Origin: Planctomycetota bacterium
Lineage (GTDB): Bacteria; Planctomycetota; SZUA-567; H5-PLA8
Assembly (NCBI GenBank): GCA_038227875.1
Contig: JBBRPR010000041.1
Span: 1 to 64,000 of the forward strand
Length of the DNA stretch: 64,000 bases
Reading direction: 5' to 3'
The notes beneath the pieces were generated by a model. It saw only the letters and a program-made list of their open reading frames with translations, searched no databases and was not told where the DNA came from. The number at the start of each line of letters is the position of its first letter. Positions within the stretch are counted from its first letter, which is position 1. The translations under genes were made by a program, and so were the position numbers. Of the stretch, positions 19,160-27,653 are shown one piece after another.

Positions 19160-19789
19160 ATGGCGCTGACGACTTCTGCCCAACAGATCCTGCATAGGAG
19201 CGCTCGCGTGGAGCCACCGGCCGGCATACCGGAGAAATTCTGGGATCTGGTCGACCGCTACCGCAGCGAGTTGCTCAACCAGGCGCTGGCGATCGTCGGC
19301 AGCTTTGACGACGCCGAAGACGTGGTGCAAGAAACCTTCTGCGAAGCCTTCCGCGATCAGGAGAAGCTGGCGGAGATCAAATCGTTCCGCGCGTTCCTGC
19401 GCACCGTCAACCGCGCCAACGCGCTCAACCGCGTGCGCCTGAAGAAAAACGATTCGACCCGGATCAATCGCAAACAACTCCTGCAGCCCGAAGCGGGAGT
19501 GACGACGGGCGGATTTTCGAAGGTGGAAGTCAGCGACATGGTGGCCAAGGCGATTGAGACCCTTTCGGCCGATCAGCGCACCGTGGTTGTGTTGCATTTT
19601 TACGAGCACCTCACGCACGACCAGATCGCCGAACGCGCGCAGTTGTCGGCGCGGACCGTGCGCCGGCTGCTTTATGACGCCGTGTTGAGCTTGCACGGAC
19701 ATTTGAAGATTCATCTGACCGCCTCCTTTCCGGAAGTTCAACCCCGGACGGACAGCGGATCTCAAAAAGAAAGCGGAGAACGTTCATGA
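19160..19789 (+). CDS. ECF RNA polymerase sigma-70 factor
   Basis: DAEDVVQETF, SFRAFLRTV.R, region-4 L...QRTVVVLHFYE.LT..QIAE; RBS AGGAGG. Confidence 0.92.
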   Translation: MALTTSAQQILHRSARVEPPAGIPEKFWDLVDRYRSELLNQALAIVGSFDDAEDVVQETFCEAFRDQEKLAEIKSFRAFLRTVNRANALNRVRLKKNDSTRINRKQLLQPEAGVTTGGFSKVEVSDMVAKAIETLSADQRTVVVLHFYEHLTHDQIAERAQLSARTVRRLLYDAVLSLHGHLKIHLTASFPEVQPRTDSGSQKESGERS

Positions 19790-21756
19790 TTCAGAGCGCG
19801 ATGTGTCAGCGGGTCGAGGAATCGATCTGCGACTTTGTCAACCAGACGGCCGACCCGAAAGAGTGCGAAGAAATCGCCGCTCATTTGCGCAGCTGCAAAA
19901 CCTGCCGCGAAGGCGTCGAGCGCTATCGCCAGGTCAACGGACTGCTGCACAACACGATCGGCGGATTGGCGATGCGCCCGGCGTTCACGGAGAAGACGGG
20001 CAAGGGCATGCTGGCGGTGGTCGCCGCGCGACCGGCGGCCAAGGGGCGCGCGACGTTCGCGGAACTGGCTGCGCAGGACAGCGAAGCAGAAAACGCGGAG
20101 CTGGCCGCTGCGGAAGGTTCACGCGACGGCTGGACGTCGCGCCTGATGGGCGCGCCGTGGTGGGCGGTCTCGCTGGCACTGCATGTTCTTGTGATCGCGC
20201 TGGCCAGCCTGGTGACCATGGCCATCGACCTGCCGCATAACGACGATGCCGTGATCATGATGACGGAACTTGCGGCGCGCCCCGAATTGAAACCGGACGA
20301 AGACGAATCGAAAAAGCCCGAAGCGGTCGATGCCTTGGCCTCCAGGGACGTCGCGGCGACGGATCCCACGGCGCAGAACGCGTCGGACATCGTGGTGCCC
20401 AAGGACATCCTGGACAAGGCGGAGCTCGGCGATCACTTCGAGACGATCAACCCGGACATGCCGGACACGCACAGCGCGTTGGGCAATCCGGACGCGAAAA
20501 TGTTTCATTCCGTCGAAGGCAACACCGACGCGGCCGGCGGTGGCGGCATGGGCGGGATGTCACTGGAAGATGTGATCGGAGTCGGCGGTGGCGCGAGCCC
20601 CGGCAAAGGCGGCGGCTGGGGCGGCGGCGACGGCACGGGTATCGGTACGGGCACGGGCGCGGGGCGGGGAAGCTTTGGCAATCGCAACGGCGGCGGACGC
20701 AAATTGATGGTGATGCGCCACGGCGGATCGAAAGCGACCGAAAGCGCCGTCGACAAGGCGCTGCAGTGGCTGGCGTACCATCAGGAAGCCGACGGCCATT
20801 GGGATGGCGCGAAGTACGGCGCGAGCATGTCCGGCGATGCGGCATTGACGGGGCTGGCGGCGCTGGCGTTCCTCGGCGCGGGGCACACGGAAAAAATCGG
20901 CAAGTACAAGGACAACGTCAAGCGCGCCATCGGCTGGATCATCTCCAAGCAGGACGCCGGCGGCTGTATCCTGAAAAACGACAAGGCGGCCAACGGCTAC
21001 AATCATCCGATCGCCTCGCTGGCGCTGGCCGAAGCGGCGGGCATGGCGCGCATTCCCGAAACGATGGAAGCCGCGCAGAAGGCCGTTAACTATTCCGTCG
21101 ATGTCTTCCAGTGCGGCAAAGGTTCCGACCGCCTGGGCTGGCGCTACACGCCGCAGGAAATGGGCGACGTTTCCACCACTGGTTGGTTTGTGATGCAATT
21201 GAAGAGTGCCAAGGTCGCCGGATTGAAAGTCGATCCGCTCGCCTTCGAAGGCGCCAGCCGCTTCCTCGATACGCTCGAAGTCGAGAAGCACAATCCCAAC
21301 GATCCGTACACGGGCCACCATTATGGTTACCGCGCCGACGCCGGCGGGGCGGGCGTCGCGGCGATCCGTGTCAAAAATCCGCACTGCAACACGGCCATCG
21401 GTTGCCTGATCCGTCTGTTCATGGGTACGCGCCCCGATGAAATTCAAGGCGCCGCCGATTGGTTCATCACCCAGGGCGGTCTGCCTACCGCGGCGAAACC
21501 GGAGTACTATCATTGGTACTACGCGACTCTTTGCACGTTCCAGGTCGGCGGCGATGTCTGGAAGAAGTGGAACGAAGCGATCAAGACATCACTGCTGACG
21601 CTACAAATCAAAGCTCCGGGGGATAACGAAGGTTCTTTCGATCCGAAGGGACATTCCACGGAAGGCGCCGAGAATTGTGGAGGGCGGGTCTTCACGACAG
21701 CGATTGGCGCGCTGTGTCTGGAGGTTTACTATCGGTACGCTCAGCTTCAGCACTAA
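19786..21756 (+). CDS. zf-HC2 anti-sigma factor fused to TM and a prenyltransferase/squalene-cyclase-like repeat domain
   Basis: HLRSCKTC; TM WWAVSLALHVLVI; Gly-rich linker; AL.WLAYHQ..DG.W, GWRY, YYHWYYAT, LCLEVYYRY; ATGA overlap with the sigma gene. Confidence 0.85.
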   Translation: MIQSAMCQRVEESICDFVNQTADPKECEEIAAHLRSCKTCREGVERYRQVNGLLHNTIGGLAMRPAFTEKTGKGMLAVVAARPAAKGRATFAELAAQDSEAENAELAAAEGSRDGWTSRLMGAPWWAVSLALHVLVIALASLVTMAIDLPHNDDAVIMMTELAARPELKPDEDESKKPEAVDALASRDVAATDPTAQNASDIVVPKDILDKAELGDHFETINPDMPDTHSALGNPDAKMFHSVEGNTDAAGGGGMGGMSLEDVIGVGGGASPGKGGGWGGGDGTGIGTGTGAGRGSFGNRNGGGRKLMVMRHGGSKATESAVDKALQWLAYHQEADGHWDGAKYGASMSGDAALTGLAALAFLGAGHTEKIGKYKDNVKRAIGWIISKQDAGGCILKNDKAANGYNHPIASLALAEAAGMARIPETMEAAQKAVNYSVDVFQCGKGSDRLGWRYTPQEMGDVSTTGWFVMQLKSAKVAGLKVDPLAFEGASRFLDTLEVEKHNPNDPYTGHHYGYRADAGGAGVAAIRVKNPHCNTAIGCLIRLFMGTRPDEIQGAADWFITQGGLPTAAKPEYYHWYYATLCTFQVGGDVWKKWNEAIKTSLLTLQIKAPGDNEGSFDPKGHSTEGAENCGGRVFTTAIGALCLEVYYRYAQLQH

Positions 21757-21762
21757 CGGCGA

Positions 21763-21800
21763 AGGACTGAGGACTGAGGACTGAGGACTTAGGACTTAGG
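21763..21800. repeat. Heptamer tandem repeat AGGACT(G/T) x5
   Basis: aggactg x3, aggactt x2, agg directly after the stop codon. Confidence 0.85.
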
Positions 21801-21804
21801 TACG

Positions 21805-21837
21805 GAAGGCTCTCCGCGAATGGCGGAGAGCTTTCTT
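21805..21837 (+). terminator. Hairpin, possible terminator or processing site
   Basis: GAAGGCTCTCCGC-gaatg-GCGGAGAGCTTTC; weak U-tract. Confidence 0.4.
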
Positions 21838-21857
21838 AGGTGGAGAAGGAGTCTTTG

Positions 21858-22946
21858 ATGCGCGCGTGTTTGCTGGTTGCTTTGATTGGAATTTTTGTTG
21901 CGCCAGTGGTTTTTGCGGAGCAGGCGCGGCCGGAGGTTTGGATTATCTCCGGGCAATCCAACGCGTGCGGGCGCGCGGAACTGCCGGGCGCGGATCCCGA
22001 TCCGAAAGTTCAGATGTACGAAAAGCGCGCATGGGTCGAAGCGAAAGAACCGCTGCCGCTTGGGGGCACGGTGGGTCCGTGGCTGGCGTGCGCGACGGAA
22101 GTGGCCAAGGAAGGCATTCCCATCCGGCTGTGCGGATTCGCCAGCGGTGGGCAGCCGATCAAATACTGGGACGAAGAAGCCGCAGGCTGGAAGGCGCTCA
22201 GCGCCAACATCAAAATGTGCGGCGAAGGCGCTTCGGTTTTTCTCTGGTACCAGGGTGAAAGTGATGGCGTCGACAAGACCGATGCGAAGACGTACGAAGC
22301 CAAGCTGAAAGATCTGGTCTCCCGTGTCCGGACGCTGGCAAAAAATCCGAAGATGCTGTTGGTCGTCGTACAGGTCGCGCGGGGCGGGGAGTTCACAATC
22401 ATCCGCGAAGCGCAACGCGAATTCGTCGCCGCGGATGGCAACGCAATCCTGGTTCCCGCGCTGGGCCGCGCGGGCGATCTGCATCTGACCCGGGACGGCT
22501 ATTTTGAACTCGGTCGTGAAATCGCCCGCGCGCTGCTGAAGACGCGTTACCAGAAAGCCAACGACTGGCCTGGTCCGGTGCTCGATCGCGCAGTCTTCGG
22601 TCCCGACGCCAAAACCGTGCTGCTGCATTTTGCGGAAGTGAAAAAGCTGGCGGGACTCACTGCCGAAGACCTGTCGGCTGTTGATGCGACCGGGCCAGCC
22701 AAGTGTGTCAAAGTCGAAGCGCAGAACACCCGCGCGGCGTTGACCTTTGACCGCGAATTGAAGCCGCCTGCGAAAATTCAATACGCCGGCGGCGCCAATC
22801 CCAAGGCCAGCCTCGTTGACGAAGCCGGAAACCGTGCGCCAGCCGTGCTGCTGGAGATCACGCCAGGGTCGCCGCCGGACGACAAAGAGACTAAAGCTCC
22901 GAATGGCAGCGGCCCCGCGGTGAAGCCGGGCGACGTGAAGAAGTAG
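21858..22946 (+). CDS. Secreted sialate O-acetylesterase (SASA/SGNH) family protein
   Basis: Signal peptide; SGQSN, WYQGESD, DLH. Confidence 0.85.
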   Translation: MRACLLVALIGIFVAPVVFAEQARPEVWIISGQSNACGRAELPGADPDPKVQMYEKRAWVEAKEPLPLGGTVGPWLACATEVAKEGIPIRLCGFASGGQPIKYWDEEAAGWKALSANIKMCGEGASVFLWYQGESDGVDKTDAKTYEAKLKDLVSRVRTLAKNPKMLLVVVQVARGGEFTIIREAQREFVAADGNAILVPALGRAGDLHLTRDGYFELGREIARALLKTRYQKANDWPGPVLDRAVFGPDAKTVLLHFAEVKKLAGLTAEDLSAVDATGPAKCVKVEAQNTRAALTFDRELKPPAKIQYAGGANPKASLVDEAGNRAPAVLLEITPGSPPDDKETKAPNGSGPAVKPGDVKK

Positions 22947-22950
22947 ACTT

Positions 22951-24396
22951 CTACAGACCGAGCGCTTTCATGCGTTCGGCGACCTTCCTTTTCACGTCGT
23001 TGTCCATCACGATGTAGTTCGGCCATTCGCGGTCGAAGCCTTCGTCTTTCCATTTCTTCGTCGCGTCGAAACCGATCTTGCCCGTCCAGCCGTAGTGTGA
23101 ACTGGCGTGATCGAGAATGTCGGTCGGGCCTTTCACGATCTCGACGTCGCGGCTGAAATCGCAGTTGGCTCCGACGTGGAATAGCACTTCGTCCTGGTTC
23201 TGAACGTTCACGTTTTCGTCGACGACCACGATCATCTTGGTGAACATGATCTGGCCCAGGCCCCAGATCGCGTGCATCAATTTGCGCGCGTGCTGCGGGT
23301 AGGTCTTCTTGATCGAGAAGAACGCGCAGTTGTGGAAGACGCCGAACTCCGGGAGGTTGTAGTCGACGATCTCCGGCAGCGTGAGCTGCAGAAACGGCAG
23401 GAAAATGCGTTCCGTGGCCTTACCGAGGTACGTGTCTTCCATCGGCGGCGTACCGACGACGATGGTCTGATAGATCGGGTTCTTGCGGTGCGTGATCGCG
23501 GTGACGTGGAAGACCGGGTAGTCGTCGGCGAGCGAATAAAATCCGGTGTGATCGCCGAACGGCCCTTCGCGGCGGCGTTCGCCGGGCTGCAGGTAACCTT
23601 CGACGATGATTTCGGCTTCCGCAGGGACATGAAGATCGGGCTGCGAGACGCACGGCACCATCTCGACAGCTTTCTTGCGTAGAAAACCGGCGAGGAACAT
23701 CTCGTCGATGCCCGGCGGCATCGGCGCGGTGGCGCTGTAGACGACGGCCGGGTCTCCACCGATGGCCACGGCGACAGGCATGCGCTGGTTGAGCTTCTCG
23801 AATTCGCGGAAGTGGCGCGCGCCATCGTGGTGCATGTGCCAGTGCATCGCGGCGGTGTTCTTGTCGTAAATCTGGATGCGGTACATGCCGCAGTTGGGCA
23901 GACCTTTTGGATCGCGCGTGAAGACGTTGGTCAGCGTCAGGTAGCGGCCGCCGTCTTCCGGCCAGCATTTCAGCGCGGGAAGAATGCCGAGGTCGACGCG
24001 GTCGCCGGTCAGCACCACATCCTGGCAGGGCGCCGAACTGACTTTCTTCGGCGGAAATCCGGCGATCTTCATCAGCAGCGGGACCATCTTCAATTTTTCG
24101 ACAATCGTTTCCGGCGGACGCTGGTGGAGCAGTGCGCGGATTTCCTTGCCGATGGCGTCGAGGTCCGTCACGCCCAGCGCCAGCGCCGTGCGTTCCAGCG
24201 TGCCGAAAAGGTTCGTGACCACCGGCATGCTCGAGCCTTCGACGCTTTCGAAAAACAACGCCGTGCCCTTCTTCTTCACCGTGCGATCGGCCCACTCGGT
24301 GATCTCGAGAATCGGAGAGACTTTTTCTTTGACGCGAAACAATTCTCCGCGCGCTTCGACGGCACCGATGAATTCACGGAGATTATCAAAAGCCAT
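22951..24396 (-). CDS. ubiD: UbiD-family decarboxylase (menaquinone biosynthesis type)
   Basis: NLFGT, WPEDGG, N.GMYRIQ, EGPFGDHTGFYS, PPMED, LDHAS, GFDATKK. Confidence 0.92.
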   Translation of the reverse strand: MAFDNLREFIGAVEARGELFRVKEKVSPILEITEWADRTVKKKGTALFFESVEGSSMPVVTNLFGTLERTALALGVTDLDAIGKEIRALLHQRPPETIVEKLKMVPLLMKIAGFPPKKVSSAPCQDVVLTGDRVDLGILPALKCWPEDGGRYLTLTNVFTRDPKGLPNCGMYRIQIYDKNTAAMHWHMHHDGARHFREFEKLNQRMPVAVAIGGDPAVVYSATAPMPPGIDEMFLAGFLRKKAVEMVPCVSQPDLHVPAEAEIIVEGYLQPGERRREGPFGDHTGFYSLADDYPVFHVTAITHRKNPIYQTIVVGTPPMEDTYLGKATERIFLPFLQLTLPEIVDYNLPEFGVFHNCAFFSIKKTYPQHARKLMHAIWGLGQIMFTKMIVVVDENVNVQNQDEVLFHVGANCDFSRDVEIVKGPTDILDHASSHYGWTGKIGFDATKKWKDEGFDREWPNYIVMDNDVKRKVAERMKALGL

Positions 24397-24496
24397 TTAC
24401 GGGAGTCCTGAAGAGTTGAATTCGCACGTTCTGCATTGCTGGAGTGATTCTAGCGGTGCGTTGGCAACTGGATAGGAAATGTCGATCGCGTGAGCA

Positions 24497-24564
24497 GACC
24501 TTCGTGCCAGCTGGCACGGAGTTTCGCCAATAAAAATCCCCCCACAGGATTTCTGTGGGGGGAT
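24497..24564. repeat. Two ~28-29-bp variable-core palindromes
   Basis: GACCTTCGTGCCAGCTGGCACGGAGTTT (24497-24524) and ATCCCCCCACAGGATTTCTGTGGGGGGAT (24536-24564); the second may also act as the lexA terminator. Confidence 0.6.
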
Positions 24565-24591
24565 CGTCAGTGAATCCGAACGTCTGTACTC

Positions 24592-25200
24592 TTACGCCTT
24601 GCGCAGCAAACCCTTGAACACGCCCTGAATCTTGCAGCGGTCGACGATAATTGGCGCCATTGTCGGGTTGGACGGTTGCAGGCGGATCTTGCCGTTTTCG
24701 CGGTAGAAGCGCTTGAGCGTGGCCTGGCCGTTCTCATCGAGGGCCACCACGATCTCGCCGTCGTTGGCGGTCTCGCGGCCTTCGACGACAATCAAGTCGC
24801 CGTCCATAATGTGATCGTCAATCATGGAATCGCCCTTCACGCGGAGCATAAAGCTGTTCGGCTTGCAGCCGAATACTTCGCCCAGCGGAAGCTCTTCGGC
24901 AGTTTCGACCTGCACGGCTTCGATCGGCAAGCCCGCGGCGATCTCTCCCTTAATAGGGATCGTCTTGCGCGTCGTCTGCTCTTTCAAGAAGTTCGGTTCG
25001 ATGATCTCAACCGAGCGCGCTTCGTGTCGGCGGCGTCGAATCGCGTTCTTGCGTTCGAGCGCTTCGAGATGTTCAAACACGGTGATCGTCGACACACCGA
25101 GATCCTTAGCCAGCTCCGCGTACGTTGGCGAGAAGCCGTGCTCTTGCTGATAATTGTAAATCAGCCGCAGGATTTGAAGTTGTTTCGGCGTGTAGTTCAT
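24592..25200 (-). CDS. lexA: SOS repressor LexA
   Basis: wHTH T.KQ..IL...GFSPTYAEL; Ala-Gly site IAAGLPIEA; Ser GDSM; Lys ATLKRF; RBS GGAGG. Confidence 0.95.
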   Translation of the reverse strand: MNYTPKQLQILRLIYNYQQEHGFSPTYAELAKDLGVSTITVFEHLEALERKNAIRRRRHEARSVEIIEPNFLKEQTTRKTIPIKGEIAAGLPIEAVQVETAEELPLGEVFGCKPNSFMLRVKGDSMIDDHIMDGDLIVVEGRETANDGEIVVALDENGQATLKRFYRENGKIRLQPSNPTMAPIIVDRCKIQGVFKGLLRKA

Positions 25201-25261
25201 GGTCCATTCCTCCGTGAAATTAGGCGAGATTGAAATGTCTCGTTTGTGTTTAGCCAGCAAT

Positions 25262-25319
25262 CACCCTAACCGTCGCTAACATTATCCTAAATCGGTTATT
25301 TAGGCAAGACAATTTAGGA
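25262..25319 (-). promoter_or_regulatory. lexA promoter with candidate LexA operators
   Basis: CTAA(C/A) half-sites at 25266, 25276, 25287; palindrome CCTAAAT-N5-ATTTAGG at 25286-25304; GATAAT -10-like hexamer on the minus strand. Confidence 0.5.
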
Positions 25320-25470
25320 TTTTCTTGTGAGAAATTTGACCCCATTAGCGAAATCCGCCATGGGCAAAGGACTTATAGCGCTATTTAAGCTGTTAAGTTA
25401 CGGGTGTTTTTTCGGCGTTCGTTCGAAAGATGTTTGGCTAAAGAGCCCGTTGTTAGGCTCCCAATGCCGC

Positions 25471-27420
25471 TTATTTGCCGCTCAATTTACGCAGATCGCC
25501 GACGCGTTGCGTGAACTTGATGCGATCGAAAAACTCCACGAGCGGGATCACATATTTGCGGTTCATCCCTAAGTGTTGGCGAATCTCCGATGTGGTGCGC
25601 TCGCTTTTTTCTGTGAACAGCTTCCCCAATTCGCTCTGCGCCCGTTCGATGGACTCGCGGTGAAAATAAAATTCGCTTGTCGCTTCCACGATTGCGCGCG
25701 TGTCGATCAGGAAGCGCACAATTTCTTTGAGCGTTTTGGGCGGAACGTTGAGCTGCGCCTGGATTTCCGGCAGCGTCGGCGGCGCGAGCGCGCCGGTTTT
25801 CAGCGCGGTCTCCAGTTTCTGCGCCGTCGCGGCCAGCGCGCCTTCCAGTTTCCGTTCGCGGCCGGGCAGCGCGATCAGATTCGATTCGGCCTTGATCGTC
25901 TGCTGTTGGTGCAGCAACTCCAGCAACGCATCGAGATGCGCTTCAAGCTCCGCGCCGGCTTTCACTTTCAGTCGCGCTTTGAGTTCCGGGCGCTCAATGC
26001 CGCCGAGCGCCGGATGCTCCTTGAGAAATTCCTGAATGCAGGCAACCGCCGCCGCGCCGAGCGTTTTAAGCAGCGCGCTGGACAGGTAAACCGCTCCCGC
26101 GCCCGGCTTAAGCGCAAACACGCGCGCGTCTTTAAGAATCGGCGCAAGATAGCCAGTCAGCTGTGCGGGGAGAACGCCGAGTTCCGCGCAGAGTTCCCGG
26201 ACAGACTTCGGCAACCGCGACGTCCACAGGATGTGCTCCAGCAATTTTTGAGGTGCGTCGAGTTTCGCCAATCTTGCCGCGAGGTCCGTGATCACCGCCG
26301 GATCGGAGCGCTTGCGTTTGAGCGCCACGACATCGACGACGCGGCCGCCGCCGAGTGTCACCATCGGCGTCTGATGGCGCAAAATATAGTGATCGCCGGG
26401 CGCGAGGACCGTCGCGTCTTCCAGCAGGATCTGGATCCAGCCCGATTGCCCCGGCGGCAGCGCATCGCCTTCCAGGACGAGCACCTTTCCCTGGATCTCG
26501 GCGGTGCCGGCGTGAAAGCGGACCGGCGCGCGGTGTTTCAGCGGCCACGGCGAACTGGCGAGATGCTGCAAGTGGGCCGTGATCAATTTTGTCGGCTCGA
26601 AAATCTCCGGCGTCGCGGCGACCATGCCGCGGACGATCTCGCGCTTGTCGATTTCCGGGCCGTGCAGGTTAACGGCCGTTGAATGCCCGGCGTGTCCCTG
26701 TTCAATCGCCAGTTTGTACGCGTGCAATCCTTTGACGCGGCCGGAGTATTTCGGCGGCAGGACTTCCAGTGTATCGCCGATCTTCACCTGACCCGAGAGC
26801 GGCACGCCGGTCACAACAGTGCCAAATCCTTCCTTGGCAAAGACGCGCTGGATCGGCATCCGGAACGGTCCGTCGGCCGCGCGGCGCGAAAGTCTGGGTA
26901 GCGACTGATCGAGCTGCTTGCGCAATTCCGGTATGCCGGCGCCGGTCCTGGATGAGACGGGCAGAATCGGCTTGCCCTCGAGCACGCTGCCGGCAACCAG
27001 AGTCTTCACGTCGTCGATGACCATCTCCAGCACATCGGGATCCGCCAGATCTGACTTGGTGATCACCGTCAGCCCGTCGCGCACGCCCAGGAGCTGGATG
27101 ATCTGGAGATGCTCGCGCGTCTGCGCCATCACGCCGTCGTCGGCGGCGACGACCAGCATCACGAAGTCGATCCCCGACGCGCCCGCGACCATGTTCTTGA
27201 TGAACTTTTCGTGGCCGGGCACATCGATGATCCCGACGCGCATCCCGTTGCTCAGTTCCAGCGGCGCGAAGCCAAGGTCGATGGTGATGCCCCGTTCCTG
27301 CTCTTCCTTGAGCCGGTCGGGATGAATGCCCGTGAGTTGCTGCACAAGCGTGGACTTGCCGTGGTCGATGTGACCGGCCGTTCCGAGAACGACATTGAAA
27401 ATTTGCGGCGTCGTGGGCAT
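25471..27420 (-). CDS. selB: Selenocysteine-specific elongation factor
   Basis: GTAGHIDHGKS, EEQERGITIDLGF, DVPGHEKFIKNM, FRMPIQRVF; C-terminal wHTH RKYVIPLVEFFD....RVGD.R. Confidence 0.95.
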   Translation of the reverse strand: MPTTPQIFNVVLGTAGHIDHGKSTLVQQLTGIHPDRLKEEQERGITIDLGFAPLELSNGMRVGIIDVPGHEKFIKNMVAGASGIDFVMLVVAADDGVMAQTREHLQIIQLLGVRDGLTVITKSDLADPDVLEMVIDDVKTLVAGSVLEGKPILPVSSRTGAGIPELRKQLDQSLPRLSRRAADGPFRMPIQRVFAKEGFGTVVTGVPLSGQVKIGDTLEVLPPKYSGRVKGLHAYKLAIEQGHAGHSTAVNLHGPEIDKREIVRGMVAATPEIFEPTKLITAHLQHLASSPWPLKHRAPVRFHAGTAEIQGKVLVLEGDALPPGQSGWIQILLEDATVLAPGDHYILRHQTPMVTLGGGRVVDVVALKRKRSDPAVITDLAARLAKLDAPQKLLEHILWTSRLPKSVRELCAELGVLPAQLTGYLAPILKDARVFALKPGAGAVYLSSALLKTLGAAAVACIQEFLKEHPALGGIERPELKARLKVKAGAELEAHLDALLELLHQQQTIKAESNLIALPGRERKLEGALAATAQKLETALKTGALAPPTLPEIQAQLNVPPKTLKEIVRFLIDTRAIVEATSEFYFHRESIERAQSELGKLFTEKSERTTSEIRQHLGMNRKYVIPLVEFFDRIKFTQRVGDLRKLSGK

Positions 27421-27653
27421 GGCTACGGGGTGATCGTAGTCCAAGATCTCTTGAAATGCGAGGCGCGCTTGCGCGCGAGGGGTCCGGAGTCATGTCTTCT
27501 GCATTCTGCTTCCCGCCTTCTCCTCACGACCGCGCGCTCCGGTAACATGTTCCGATTGCTCATGTTCCTTTGCAGCAGATTGCTGTATTTTCAAAATGGT
27601 GCACGCTTTTTCCTTGGTGCTGGCGTCTGCTAAAATACAATCAGGTTAGAACT

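Noticed and set aside
27421..27653. tRNA-Sec (selC) next to selB
   Set aside because: No TCA anticodon arm or T-loop consensus found on either strand.
27570..27653. N-terminal extension of the PA14 protein in the ORF track
   Set aside because: Paralogs start at M-x4-CxxC, so ATG 27654 is the likely start.
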